From an uncultured Acidimicrobiales bacterium (GTDB taxonomy: Bacteria; Actinomycetota; Acidimicrobiia; Acidimicrobiales; UBA10347), in contig CALKPY010000023.1 of NCBI GenBank assembly GCA_937991435.1, positions 1,434 through 65,433 of the forward strand: 64,000 nucleotides of DNA, in the 5' to 3' direction. This document shows positions 38,961-49,392 of this stretch, one piece after another. The stretch's first letter is position 1, and the number at the start of each line of letters is the position of its first letter. Below the pieces are notes generated by a model, which saw only the letters and a list, made by a program, of their open reading frames with translations, was not told where the DNA came from and searched no databases. The translations under genes were made by a program, and so were the position numbers.

Positions 38961-41900
38961 CTAGTCCTCGGTTCCCAGCACTGCAGGGTCCAAGTACTCA
39001 ACGACGTTCGAACTTGACACGCCGCATAACTTGCACTCAAGAATCGCTTCGCTGCGAATGCTTGCATGGTGACTCAAGACTTCGTGCTGAAGCACAGCCG
39101 CATGCACCTGGGCGCAACTCTTCTTCTTGTGACACACGGTGGACCCCGTATTTGGGGGCGCGTCGTCATTTGGCGTCGCGTCGACCGGCGGCGGGTTGTT
39201 ATCGACCGGAGTCACGCAGTCGGGGCTGCCTGCAAGCTGCCAGGCAAACTCAGAAGCGAGGGCCACGGCCTGGAACCGGGGCAGGTCGAGCGCGAGCATT
39301 GCTGCTGTGGTGTCCCAAGGTGCTACCTCAGCGGCGTAGTCACTCGTGCTGAACAGCAGGACAAACCCTGCCGCGATTGCCGTGGCACCGGAGCAGATCG
39401 CTCCGTCGTCTGCCTGGGCGAATACGCCCCGTGCGATGTGTTCAATGTCGTCGACCCGATAATGAGGATCGAAGTTCCAACGTCGCACAACGATTTCTTC
39501 ATGCAGCAGGTCGAGCATTGCCGCTGACGGCGCATTGCTGTTCGCGACAGAATTGCCGGTATAGGCGACGGCGGCTTCGATTGCAGAGCGAACCTGCGCA
39601 GGCGTTTCCCAGTCGTCGTCAAAGCTCTCAAGCACGTTCTCGTGAATTGCACCCCACGCCATCAGCGGTGGTGCCAATGCCTGCCCCGATAGGAATGCAT
39701 CGAGCGCCAGGGCAAGGCCTTGGTTGCATTCAGCCAGGCTCAAGAGACCCTGGACCGCGCTCGAAACAGCGGCATGGTCAACGCCGACGGCCAACGATTC
39801 TGCGGGCCCAACCAGCACGACGTTCGAGGCATAGTGCGCATTGGTGGCGTGTAACCAGGCGAGCTGATAACTGTCGTCGCAGGCTGTCGTCGACACGACC
39901 TCAAGTTGCGGGTATCGATCCGCGATCAATCTGCTCATCTCAGCCGATGCAACAGCAGCTGCGGATCGGGCTATCCGAGCACTCTCGCGGCCGCGGACTG
40001 CAAGCTGGTTCAGCAGGTTTTCACCGAATCCGTTTACCAGGTCATAGGTGCCAAGGGCTTCGCAGAGTTCCATCCATGCACTGTCATCAATCGAGATTGT
40101 GTAGTCGATGTAATCGTGGGTGTAGACGACAGATTCCGGAATGTTGACCACAGATGCGTAGTTCAGGTCGATCTGAATGTCGTCGAAGGTCTCGGCGTAG
40201 TAGTCGTGCATGTCAGCCGGCGAGAAGTCTTCCCAAAGATGGCCGACAGCCTGATAGTCGGCTTGTTCAGAGACAAACGTCCCGTAGCCACTCGACTCTG
40301 CGTTGCCGTAGGTTCCAGACACATCCACCTGCATCTGGCAGGCATTGATACTGGCTGCCGCGGCTTGAAGCGAATCTGCAACATCGACGGCGAGTCCGTG
40401 AGACTCGAGCGCTTGCACTGCAGCCATACGCGCCGCGACCTCCATGTCGTGCACAAATCCCGGCTGTTGCGCTACTCCAGTTGGCAGTCCAAGAGATTCG
40501 AGCAGATCAAGCATCCATTTTGTCTGTGCCGCCGCCAAGGAAGCGCTGTATCCACTATCGGCAATGTTCGCAGGCACAGCCTGCGCCGCGAACGACCCGA
40601 GATCAGACAGAGCCTGACCCTTGATATCGGCGGCTGCGTCTCGGTACAGATCGTTCCAAGTCTCATCAAGAAGTGCCTGGACCTCGCTGCTCCACTCCGC
40701 CGGCGCAAAGTCCGTGACCTCAAGGTCAGCGACTTCGACGAAGAACTCCGCTTCGTCGAAGACGGCGTTCATATCTCCGTCGTGAATCGCAATCCACTGT
40801 TCGCTCATGCTCGAGGTATCGACATCGGTCGCTGATTCGAGCACCACTTCTGGCTCGAGAAGAAAGTCGTCGCCCGCACTCGCGGTGATGTACTGAAATT
40901 GCAGATTGCGCTGATCCTGCTCCAGTTGCATTTGTGCATCGATCGCTGATTGTGGGACATAACCGGGGCCTGGACCCAACATCTGAATTCCGTCAAGAAG
41001 CTCGTCCGACAGGATTCCAGACAATTCGCTCGCCTCGATCGAAGGAAGCATTGCGAAGTAGTCATCGACGATCGCCGTCGTGAGGGGAAGCCCACTGGCC
41101 ATGAGGTCGTCGAGAAGGTCGGACCACGTGTTGTTTGCCAAGTTCACATTGGCGAGCCCGTGCGCTTCGAGCTGGGCAAGCAGCGTCGAACTCGCCCCCG
41201 GAAGAATCTCGTTGAGGGGCGGCACGACAAGACCAGTACCGCCCGGTATTGCCGTTCCATTTGACGGGAGTCCGCCCGCCGGTGGTTGGCCCGGAATGTA
41301 TCCAGCAGGCGGAGTTGCGCCGTTGTAGTCGTATCCGGGGTACGGCATCAGCTTCCAGAATGCGTCGATCACATGGGGAGTTCCATCGGGCTCGATGAAC
41401 CAGGAACGAAGGTCAACCCCAGGAGAAAACCAGCTGTTTTTCGCATGCACACCAAGCAGCAAACGGGCCTCGTCGGACATTACGGGAACGTCATATGGCG
41501 ATGTGATCTCGACGATCGAATTCATCGAGGAACCGTCGATGAGAAACACATTCGACAAGAGCTCCGAACGTTCAAACGCAATGTACTTTGGCTTGATGCT
41601 GGGCGTACTCGGGTCGTAAATCACTGCAATCACGTCGAGCTCGAAGCCGCCGTCCCAGATATCAGAGCCGAGACCTGGGGGCACAAACATTGGGGTGGCT
41701 TGGCGGCCGAGATGGCTGTCGACAGGATTCAAAAACATCATCTGGCTACCACTACCTGTCGGCACCAAATGCTCAGCACCAAGCGACGGCGGATCAAAGC
41801 CGTTCAGCAAGTAGAACTGGTCGCGCCCCGCATCGCCAGAGGTTGCGTCGAACACGGGTTGCTCCGTTTGAACAACCGCCCACACGGCGGCCCAGTCGGT

Positions 41901-42113
41901 GTCATCAGATTCCTGATCAAAGTCCTGAATGTTGAAGCCGTAAAAGTTCAGAAGATCGTCCCACCAGGCGTAGTGGGTCCACCAAGGGTCGTCGCTCGAT
42001 TGGGCGTGGGCATCTCGCGCTTCGAGTCCCGGGATAAGAAACGATGCTCCCATCATCATGATGAGAGCGACAGCGACCGACCTCAACGCCAAGAAACGAT
42101 TCGAATTCAGCAT
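38961..42113 (-). CDS. Large secreted acidic protein of unknown function (1050 aa)
   Basis: Long ORF with a signal peptide ending AHA-Q, AGAGGA RBS and a Cys/His-rich C-terminus. No family recognised. Confidence 0.75.
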   Translation of the reverse strand: MLNSNRFLALRSVAVALIMMMGASFLIPGLEARDAHAQSSDDPWWTHYAWWDDLLNFYGFNIQDFDQESDDTDWAAVWAVVQTEQPVFDATSGDAGRDQFYLLNGFDPPSLGAEHLVPTGSGSQMMFLNPVDSHLGRQATPMFVPPGLGSDIWDGGFELDVIAVIYDPSTPSIKPKYIAFERSELLSNVFLIDGSSMNSIVEITSPYDVPVMSDEARLLLGVHAKNSWFSPGVDLRSWFIEPDGTPHVIDAFWKLMPYPGYDYNGATPPAGYIPGQPPAGGLPSNGTAIPGGTGLVVPPLNEILPGASSTLLAQLEAHGLANVNLANNTWSDLLDDLMASGLPLTTAIVDDYFAMLPSIEASELSGILSDELLDGIQMLGPGPGYVPQSAIDAQMQLEQDQRNLQFQYITASAGDDFLLEPEVVLESATDVDTSSMSEQWIAIHDGDMNAVFDEAEFFVEVADLEVTDFAPAEWSSEVQALLDETWNDLYRDAAADIKGQALSDLGSFAAQAVPANIADSGYSASLAAAQTKWMLDLLESLGLPTGVAQQPGFVHDMEVAARMAAVQALESHGLAVDVADSLQAAAASINACQMQVDVSGTYGNAESSGYGTFVSEQADYQAVGHLWEDFSPADMHDYYAETFDDIQIDLNYASVVNIPESVVYTHDYIDYTISIDDSAWMELCEALGTYDLVNGFGENLLNQLAVRGRESARIARSAAAVASAEMSRLIADRYPQLEVVSTTACDDSYQLAWLHATNAHYASNVVLVGPAESLAVGVDHAAVSSAVQGLLSLAECNQGLALALDAFLSGQALAPPLMAWGAIHENVLESFDDDWETPAQVRSAIEAAVAYTGNSVANSNAPSAAMLDLLHEEIVVRRWNFDPHYRVDDIEHIARGVFAQADDGAICSGATAIAAGFVLLFSTSDYAAEVAPWDTTAAMLALDLPRFQAVALASEFAWQLAGSPDCVTPVDNNPPPVDATPNDDAPPNTGSTVCHKKKSCAQVHAAVLQHEVLSHHASIRSEAILECKLCGVSSSNVVEYLDPAVLGTED

Positions 42114-42284
42114 CAGTTTTCCTCTTTACACGGAAGTCGTCAACGTTGACCTCGTCACGGTCACAACTCGACAACTGTAACGATGCGCACACAATGCCAC
42201 TTCGCTGAATTGGGGGATCCGAGAGTGACGATTGGCTCGGAGTTAGTGCCCAATAAACACGAGATAGGAATGCAACACTGAACC

Positions 42285-44186
42285 ATGGGAGCGGTGGGAA
42301 CAGCATTGCTGATCGCAGCTCTCGTGTGCTGCGTTCTTGCGCTGGCGACGGTCGCGATCGAATCTCGGCAAGGTCGACTAGCAATGGTGGCAGCTGCCAT
42401 AGCGCTTGCGGCATCGTCGCTGTGTCTTGCCTGGGCACTCGTCGATCAGCACCTAGAGCTCGTCTACGTCGCCACTCAGTCGCGGCGCGGCACCTCAGTG
42501 TGGTTCCGCATTTCGGGCCTATGGGGCGGCGCCGAAGGTTCTCTACTGCTCTTCACATCGATGCTCGCGGCTGTCGGGGCCTGGTGCGGCTTGCACAGCG
42601 GCAAGCCGGCGGCCGTTGCGACGGCCGCCACGTTTGTCGGCGGGCATTCGCTCACCGTTTTGCTGTTCGCCAATCCATTCGCGGAGCTCGCGATTCCGGC
42701 CATCGACGGCAGCGGATTAACTCCCATTCTTGAACACGAATCCATGCTCTGGCACCCGCCCATCTTGTACGCCGGTCTCGTGGCCAGCTTCGGCCTATTC
42801 CTATCCGGTGGCACTCGGTGGTTACACGCCACCTTCGCCTTGACAACAGTTGGCCTCGCAACCGGATCCCATTGGGCGTGGGCCGAGCTCGGATGGGGCG
42901 GATACTGGGGCTGGGACCCCGTCGAGAACACGGTTCTCATCGTGTGGTTCGCCACCATTATTCAGCTGCACCTTCGACACCTCGCAACCTCACAAGCCGT
43001 GCAGGTGACCGGTCAAACGTTGCCTTTCATCGCCGTGCTATCCGGCTCGGTTCTGACCCGATCTGGCGGGCTGTCGTCGGTGCACGCATTTGCCGAGTCA
43101 GATTCGTTGGCCGTCATGCTTGGAATACTCTGCGCTGGGGCCGTCGCAATCGTCGTCTGGCGATGTCGCCGCGTTCGCAAAAGCACGAACGCTCTTGATT
43201 GGCGCGACGTTCGGTGGATGGCAGTCACCGCCGTGTTCTTCGCCCTCGTTGTCGTACTGCTCGGCGTCGTCTGGCCCATGGTCGCACCAAATGACCCTGT
43301 TGTCGGCGGTCAATATTTCGCCCGAATCCTCGCTCCGTTGGCAACTGCCGCGCTCGCCGCCACGGCTTGGTCAGGCACCAGGTGGAGACAATCTGTGAAT
43401 CTGAGTGCAGTGGCGGTAGCCGCGGCGTTTGGTGCCGTCAGTGCCTGGTGGGCCATCGGCGCCGGAATTTTTGCGCTTGCGATCGGAGCCGCAGCTGGGC
43501 CGGCGGTGCTCACGATTATTCGCCAGGCGCGCTGGCGGCGGCCGCCAGCGATGCTTCTTGGACATCTTGGTTTACTACTACTGCTGGTGGGTGTCGCAGG
43601 GACAGCCAATGCGCAACGAAGCCGGCCCGTTCTCGCCGTGGGTGAATCCGTTACGGTCGCCGACTACCGATTCGAACTCAACGATGTCACAACAGACATC
43701 GGTCCACGAACAGCGAGCCGTCAAATAGTTGCCGTTGTCACCATCACTGCTCCGAACGGTTCTTCTCAACAAGTCCGACCCGCGCTTGTGAGTTATGCAC
43801 GTGAAGGGGTTGTGCTGCCTGAAGTTGCCACCGTCTCGACCTTGCGACGCGAGGTGCAAGTCTTTGTTCAAGTAGCGACACGCGACGGACTCACGTCGCT
43901 GTCAATCAGCGTGACCCCGCTTCTGAATCTGGTGTGGCTGGGTGCCGCCGTACTCGCGCTGGCGGGTTGCGTCGGATTCGCTCAATCGCGCTCTCCACGG
44001 CGGCGTTTTGATTCCAAGAGCGCGTCGAGCGGTGACGAGGGCGACTTGGCAGCGTCGGGATCCGCGGGTGGTGCTGGCATCTCGTCGAACGACGCTGGAG
44101 CATCATCGTTCGACGTAGTCACTGGTGTCGAACCCGGGTCAATAGTTGCAGCCGGCGTACCGGCCGACATCGAGCGCTCAGGTTGA
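42285..44186 (+). CDS. ccmF: Cytochrome c biogenesis heme lyase CcmF/NrfE family
   Basis: WGGAEGSLL, HPPILYAG, WWD domain ELGWGGYWGWDPVEN, LTRSG..SVHAF and HLG. Confidence 0.85.
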   Translation: MGAVGTALLIAALVCCVLALATVAIESRQGRLAMVAAAIALAASSLCLAWALVDQHLELVYVATQSRRGTSVWFRISGLWGGAEGSLLLFTSMLAAVGAWCGLHSGKPAAVATAATFVGGHSLTVLLFANPFAELAIPAIDGSGLTPILEHESMLWHPPILYAGLVASFGLFLSGGTRWLHATFALTTVGLATGSHWAWAELGWGGYWGWDPVENTVLIVWFATIIQLHLRHLATSQAVQVTGQTLPFIAVLSGSVLTRSGGLSSVHAFAESDSLAVMLGILCAGAVAIVVWRCRRVRKSTNALDWRDVRWMAVTAVFFALVVVLLGVVWPMVAPNDPVVGGQYFARILAPLATAALAATAWSGTRWRQSVNLSAVAVAAAFGAVSAWWAIGAGIFALAIGAAAGPAVLTIIRQARWRRPPAMLLGHLGLLLLLVGVAGTANAQRSRPVLAVGESVTVADYRFELNDVTTDIGPRTASRQIVAVVTITAPNGSSQQVRPALVSYAREGVVLPEVATVSTLRREVQVFVQVATRDGLTSLSISVTPLLNLVWLGAAVLALAGCVGFAQSRSPRRRFDSKSASSGDEGDLAASGSAGGAGISSNDAGASSFDVVTGVEPGSIVAAGVPADIERSG

Positions 44187-47100
44187 CCGCCGTCGCTCAG
44201 CGGCTGCTGTTGTGAGACTGCCGTCGGCGTTACCGCACGAGAACCCTTGCGACGCGGGCTCACCCGTGACAGCACAACAGCGAGCGGCCACAGGACCACG
44301 GCGAGCAGCAGCAGCCACGGCACAAGGCTGAAGCGGCTGACGCCGGCGATGAGGTCACCTCTGTCAAACGCAGCAGCCGGTTCAATACCGATTCGGCCAC
44401 CAGTCGCTCGTGCCACAGCATCTGCGAGCTCGGGGTCCGCGGCACCAATGCGGTACTCATCGCTGTAACTTCGACTAGTGAGCGCAGCTCCGTTGATCGT
44501 GGCGTCGCCGCTGCCGACCGATGAACCAACGGCGTAAATGCCAGCTTCCTCGACTCGGATCTCCGCGGCGAACGTCGTGTCGCTGATGCGGTCAAGCAAC
44601 ACTTCTTTCGCTCCACCTGACGGAGTGGTCACGCGTACTCGCCCGGCAGCATCATCGGCGAAGGCTCCGACTGCGTCGACCTCGATGCGCATCGTGTCAC
44701 CGGCGACGGTCGCCGATGTCACCACATCGGGGTCGCTGGCCGGGAAGGTATCGCGAACCACGCGAGCCCAAAAGTCGACATAGCCGTCCCACGATGCCCA
44801 CCGTTGCGACCATCGATCCGAGGCGTCACTGGTCCACGCGGTCGATTGGCCAAGACCAACCTGCCACGTGGCCAGTAACGGATCTGCATCAGGTCCAATG
44901 CGCAGCAAGGTGCGAGCAGTTGGCTTCGACGTTGTCGCTACATAACCGAGCAGCGCCGGCGATTCGGTCAGGCCCGCCACAACCTCTTCGCGCGATGTGA
45001 TCTGCGGGAAGAACTCTCCCTCGTTAACAAAGTCGCGCGAAGCCAACAGTGCCTCTTCGAGAATCAACTCAGGTATGCGATTGAGGTTTCGACCTTCGTA
45101 GAAGCGTCCGCCGCCGGCTTCGGCAATTTGGCGGAGATCGTCGGCGGCTCCTTCACCAGTGGCGATCACCGAGACGGTGATGCCTTCGTCAAACAGTGAC
45201 GCGGCGTCGCCCGCAGCGTCTTCAAGATCGCCGGGCTCGGTGAAGCCATCGCTAAACAAAATGATGTGTTTCAGTACCGCATTGCTCTCTCGGAGCTGTT
45301 CGGCTGAAGTCTCGAGCGTGGTGCGAATATCGGTTCCACCTTGAGGGTTCAACGACCCGAGGGCATCATTGACAACGTCGACTCCGGGTGACGATTGCAG
45401 GTCGATGACCCACCGGTCGCTGTCGTCAAAGCTGACGATGCCGACTTCATCGCTACCACCCAGGGCGGAGATCGTGCGTGCAGCCGCCGCACGGGCGACA
45501 TCGGTCTTGTTCACCCCGCCGTTGGTTCGCATGCCAGCCCCTTGACCATCTGCACAGTGACACGTGCCCATCGATCCGCTTGTGTCAATGGCCAACACCT
45601 CGGCCACTGTTTGACGCCGCTGCGGGTCGAGCACGTCGCTGACAACCGGCAACAGCTCCTCAAGATCGCTCGTCAGATAGCCGCCCAGCCCGTACGAATC
45701 GGTGCCACCGACGGTGACTAATCCGCGACCGGTATCACGAACTGCCCCAGCCAGTGCTTGTGTCTGACCATCGGTCAGATCGAACCGCTCGACGTCGACC
45801 AACACGATCGCTTCGAACTCAGCCAACTCTTCGATGGTGGTAATGCCCACTGGGCTGTCGACGGTCACGCTGATGTCCGCGGCTTCAAGCGCCGCTGCGA
45901 GTGTGGAACCGCCGCCCGGGGTTCCCTCGATCAACAAAACCCCTGCAGCAGATCGCACGAGCACGGGGGCTACGGCGGTGTTGTTTTGCTCAACCACGTC
46001 GCCCGATGCCTGGACCTCGACTTCATAGCGCTGGACACCGGTGCCAGGGTTGGAATCAACAAACCGAACCGTCGCCTGGCCATTTTCGACCGCTGCGGTT
46101 CGCGAGTCAATGCGCTCACCGTCGCGCAGCAGCGATACGACCACCTCGTCGACGCCTTCGACCCCAACGGTCGCGACGACAGGGATTGCCTCGCCCTCAC
46201 GAACCGTGCCAGGCACGTCGATACCAAGCAAGGCAGCGTCGGTTCCTGTGGCGGATCCAATAATCACCGTGTCAACAGCGATACCTGCGTCGCCGATTCG
46301 CTGAGCCTCGCCGAGCGCATCGCCTGTCGTTGGTCGTCCATCGGTGACCAGCACCAATCGCCGCCGCGCGTCTGACGGCAACAGGGCCGCCCCTAGACGC
46401 ATTGCTGCTGACAGGTCGGTGCGGGCTGGGTCGATCACAACACGTGGAGTGCCCAAGTTCAATTCGCTCTGAACCAGCGACTCGATGCGAGCATCGCCAC
46501 CGAACAAAACGACGCCAGCAACCGAATCCTTGGGCACATCGACAAGGGCATCACGGACCCAATCGGCGGCCGCGCTACGCCCCTGCGAGCCAAGCGAGTC
46601 AGAAGCGTCAAGCAAGAACACGGTGGCTACCCGGTCAGCCTGGCGGTCAAATCCCGGATTCAACAGAATCAGCGCGAGAGCCGCGGCAACAAGCGCTCGT
46701 AGTACCCACGACAGCCGCCATTGCTTGGCAGACACGCCCACGCGGCGTCGAGCAAGCAGGAACTCGAGCACGAGAAGCACCAACCCACCTAGGATCAGCC
46801 ACGGCCGAAATGAGCGAGCGTTTTGTGGTGGATCTTCACCTGGCCGAGCAACACGCAATTCACTCGGAATAGCCGAAGCTGGTGACAGCGCTGACTCGGC
46901 CGTGTCCGGGTTGACGGCCACTTGTTGCGACGGTCGACCTTCGCTGGCGATCGTCCAAAACCCAGGTAGTTCCGCAACCGGGCCGAGGCCACCCGCTGGT
47001 ATCTCTACCGTGCGATCAAACGGGTCGGTGATCAACGTACGTGGGCCAGAGCCGTTGACGCGATCTCCAACAACAAGGTCGGTTGGCGGCAGCGCCGATC

Positions 47101-48517
47101 CACCCAACTCCGCGACGACACGATCGAGCAAGATGGGGAAGCCGACCTGCAGCGGAAGATTCGATTGCGATACCGGAAATGCCAGGTACAGAAACGCTCG
47201 TTCGGCCTGTCGGCCACGCAGTAACAGTGGGGCCGACTCGCCTGCAATCAACGTGCTCACACCAGGGCCCGGTTCAAGGCGCTGAGCTGCGGCGATCAGT
47301 ACTTCGGTCAGATCGAGATCGCGAAGCAGTCGATCGTCAGAACGAACGAGCGTGACTGCTGGTTGCTCCACTGTCTGCCCAACATCGACCGTATCGAGAC
47401 CTGTTGGCGGTGCTATCGCCAAAAACGGGGCCCCAGGGTCGGCCGGAACAGCGACCTGGTCAAACACAACAACGTCAGCATCATGGTCGACATCGAAGGT
47501 GTCGCTCGTCGTGATCGTCACGCCGTCGATCGACTGAAGGGCCGTGGCGAGGAACGGATCTTTGGCGCCTACTACCAGAACGTCAATGGCCGATCGGCGA
47601 GCTGTCACTGCCCAGCGGCGATCATCGATGGCCAACAGATCTTCACCCTCGAGAAATGCTTCGACACGATCGCCGGGTGGCAGGTCGATCGAAAGCACTT
47701 CAACCTGGTTTTGTTCGAGTTCAAGTTCTGCGACGTGAGCTGTTGCACCGTCGACATCAACACGAAGCATCTGAGTAGCGGTTGGCCCACCCGTGTGAGC
47801 AACGGTGACGCGCGCTCGAAGGCCGTCTGATGACGGCTCCACGGTTAGATCAGTGATCGCTCGATTCGTCGCGAGCTGGCCGACGCGTTCGTAGACCAAG
47901 CCTGGTGGGACGAGACGAAGTTCCTCGTCGGTGAGCCCACCATCGCTGATGAACAAGAAACCAATCGCAGCTTCTGGTGTTTCGAGCCCTTCAGCCAAGG
48001 CAAAAGCTGCCGCGAAGTCGGCTCGTCCGGCGGTCGTTCCGACCGAGGCGACGGCGTCGACAAATTCATCAACATCATCGCTCGAACTCACGAGAACACG
48101 CGGAACCGGTCCGACTTCAATCAGGCTGGCGACACTGCCGTCGCCGAGTTCTGCACGACGTTCAATCGCCACCGCACGCGCATCTGCGAGGCGGTCTGGT
48201 TCGCCGTCGATGGCATTCATCGAGCCTGAACCGTCGATCATGAAGACGGTGTGGGCGGCGAGATCAGCCTCGGTGACCCGTTGAGGATTGGCCACCGCAA
48301 GTGCGATCGCAGCGAGAGCCAGAAGCTGCGCCAATAGCAACCAGCTCGGGCGCAATCGTTGCCATGGTGCCGCAGCCGTAACCGGACGCTCCATGCGTTG
48401 CCAAATCATCGTGCTGCTCACGATGACCTCGCGCCGCAGAGGCCGCAGTACATGCACCGCGATGATCGGAAGAGCGAGCAGCAACAACGCCAAGCCGGCA
48501 GGGTTCGCGAAGTTCAT
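43982..48517 (-). CDS. BatA-type membrane protein with three VWA domains and GATase-like domains
   Basis: MNFANP..LLLLALP BatA N-terminus, MIDAS motifs DGSGSM, DASDSL and DTSGSM, GRGLVTVGG..SYGLGGY, plus internal and C-terminal TM helices. Confidence 0.85.
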   Translation of the reverse strand: MNFANPAGLALLLLALPIIAVHVLRPLRREVIVSSTMIWQRMERPVTAAAPWQRLRPSWLLLAQLLALAAIALAVANPQRVTEADLAAHTVFMIDGSGSMNAIDGEPDRLADARAVAIERRAELGDGSVASLIEVGPVPRVLVSSSDDVDEFVDAVASVGTTAGRADFAAAFALAEGLETPEAAIGFLFISDGGLTDEELRLVPPGLVYERVGQLATNRAITDLTVEPSSDGLRARVTVAHTGGPTATQMLRVDVDGATAHVAELELEQNQVEVLSIDLPPGDRVEAFLEGEDLLAIDDRRWAVTARRSAIDVLVVGAKDPFLATALQSIDGVTITTSDTFDVDHDADVVVFDQVAVPADPGAPFLAIAPPTGLDTVDVGQTVEQPAVTLVRSDDRLLRDLDLTEVLIAAAQRLEPGPGVSTLIAGESAPLLLRGRQAERAFLYLAFPVSQSNLPLQVGFPILLDRVVAELGGSALPPTDLVVGDRVNGSGPRTLITDPFDRTVEIPAGGLGPVAELPGFWTIASEGRPSQQVAVNPDTAESALSPASAIPSELRVARPGEDPPQNARSFRPWLILGGLVLLVLEFLLARRRVGVSAKQWRLSWVLRALVAAALALILLNPGFDRQADRVATVFLLDASDSLGSQGRSAAADWVRDALVDVPKDSVAGVVLFGGDARIESLVQSELNLGTPRVVIDPARTDLSAAMRLGAALLPSDARRRLVLVTDGRPTTGDALGEAQRIGDAGIAVDTVIIGSATGTDAALLGIDVPGTVREGEAIPVVATVGVEGVDEVVVSLLRDGERIDSRTAAVENGQATVRFVDSNPGTGVQRYEVEVQASGDVVEQNNTAVAPVLVRSAAGVLLIEGTPGGGSTLAAALEAADISVTVDSPVGITTIEELAEFEAIVLVDVERFDLTDGQTQALAGAVRDTGRGLVTVGGTDSYGLGGYLTSDLEELLPVVSDVLDPQRRQTVAEVLAIDTSGSMGTCHCADGQGAGMRTNGGVNKTDVARAAAARTISALGGSDEVGIVSFDDSDRWVIDLQSSPGVDVVNDALGSLNPQGGTDIRTTLETSAEQLRESNAVLKHIILFSDGFTEPGDLEDAAGDAASLFDEGITVSVIATGEGAADDLRQIAEAGGGRFYEGRNLNRIPELILEEALLASRDFVNEGEFFPQITSREEVVAGLTESPALLGYVATTSKPTARTLLRIGPDADPLLATWQVGLGQSTAWTSDASDRWSQRWASWDGYVDFWARVVRDTFPASDPDVVTSATVAGDTMRIEVDAVGAFADDAAGRVRVTTPSGGAKEVLLDRISDTTFAAEIRVEEAGIYAVGSSVGSGDATINGAALTSRSYSDEYRIGAADPELADAVARATGGRIGIEPAAAFDRGDLIAGVSRFSLVPWLLLLAVVLWPLAVVLSRVSPRRKGSRAVTPTAVSQQQPLSDGGQPERSMSAGTPAATIDPGSTPVTTSNDDAPASFDEMPAPPADPDAAKSPSSPLDALLESKRRRGERD

Positions 48518-49392
48518 CGCAGGATCCCTTCGTTGCGCCAGGTGGCCAGCAGCAGCGGTTCAATCGGTTCGTCTGAACGAACGAGAGCATGGGCAGCATT
48601 TACCTGACCGCAACGCAAGGCAATGGCATCGACCCAATCGGACATCGCTGTGCGGTATTCGTCGAGCGTTTCAGGCGAGAGGCTGACCGGCAGGCGCTGA
48701 CCAGTCTCACGATCTATCAGTTCTAGGTCGCCCGTTTCGACCGGATTCAACTCAGCTGGATCGACGACTTGGATCACCATCAGGTCGTCGCCTCTAGCCG
48801 GCAACTGCGACAGCGTCGTTTCCCATTCGGGCGTCATCAAGTCACTGAAAACGATCGTGATTCCGCGCTGGCCAGGTCGTCGAAGCAGGTCCGCGACCGC
48901 GGCTGCGAATGGCGTTTCGCCCTGGGGCGACAACGACTCAAGATGTGCGAACAAGGGTGCCGCTGCACCGCGGCCAACGAACGTGGGCGCTGGGCCCCTT
49001 GCCGGGAACGTGAAGACCGAGACCGAGTCCCTACGCACGAGGGCCGCGAAGCCCAGCGCTGCGGCAAGACGAACCGCTTGACGCAGCTTGCCGCCTGACG
49101 CCATCGACGCCGATGCATCGACAAGTAGGCGAACATGCAGATCATCGTCTGCCTCGAACAGTTTGAGAGCGAGCACGTCAAGGCGTGCCCACAAATTGAA
49201 GTCGATGCGGCGATAGTCATCGCCCGGCTGATAGGTGCGGTAGTCGGCGAAGTCGAGAGACGTGCCGTGTCGCTTTGACCGGTGCTCGCCACTTAGACGC
49301 CCAGCCAACGGGCGCCGAGTCGCGAGCTGGAGACGTTCGAGGCGCCCAAGAAACGCCGGATCGAGAAGCGGCTCAGTGTCAGTCAGCGCCAC
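48514..49392 (-). CDS. DUF58 domain protein (MoxR-associated)
   Basis: G.SLDFADYRTYQPGDDYRRIDFN, LVDASASM and VFSD. Confidence 0.9.
   Translation of the reverse strand: MALTDTEPLLDPAFLGRLERLQLATRRPLAGRLSGEHRSKRHGTSLDFADYRTYQPGDDYRRIDFNLWARLDVLALKLFEADDDLHVRLLVDASASMASGGKLRQAVRLAAALGFAALVRRDSVSVFTFPARGPAPTFVGRGAAAPLFAHLESLSPQGETPFAAAVADLLRRPGQRGITIVFSDLMTPEWETTLSQLPARGDDLMVIQVVDPAELNPVETGDLELIDRETGQRLPVSLSPETLDEYRTAMSDWVDAIALRCGQVNAAHALVRSDEPIEPLLLATWRNEGILR

Noticed and set aside
38961-39200. Calling the 1050-aa protein a c-type cytochrome
   Set aside because: There is no CxxCH motif; CKLC is followed by Gly. It is kept only as a speculative finding.
42200-42245. GCTGAA...GGGGGATCC segment and hairpin resembling a c-di-AMP riboswitch
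   Set aside because: It is too short and lacks the two-fold multi-stem architecture. It cannot be supported without a covariance-model search.
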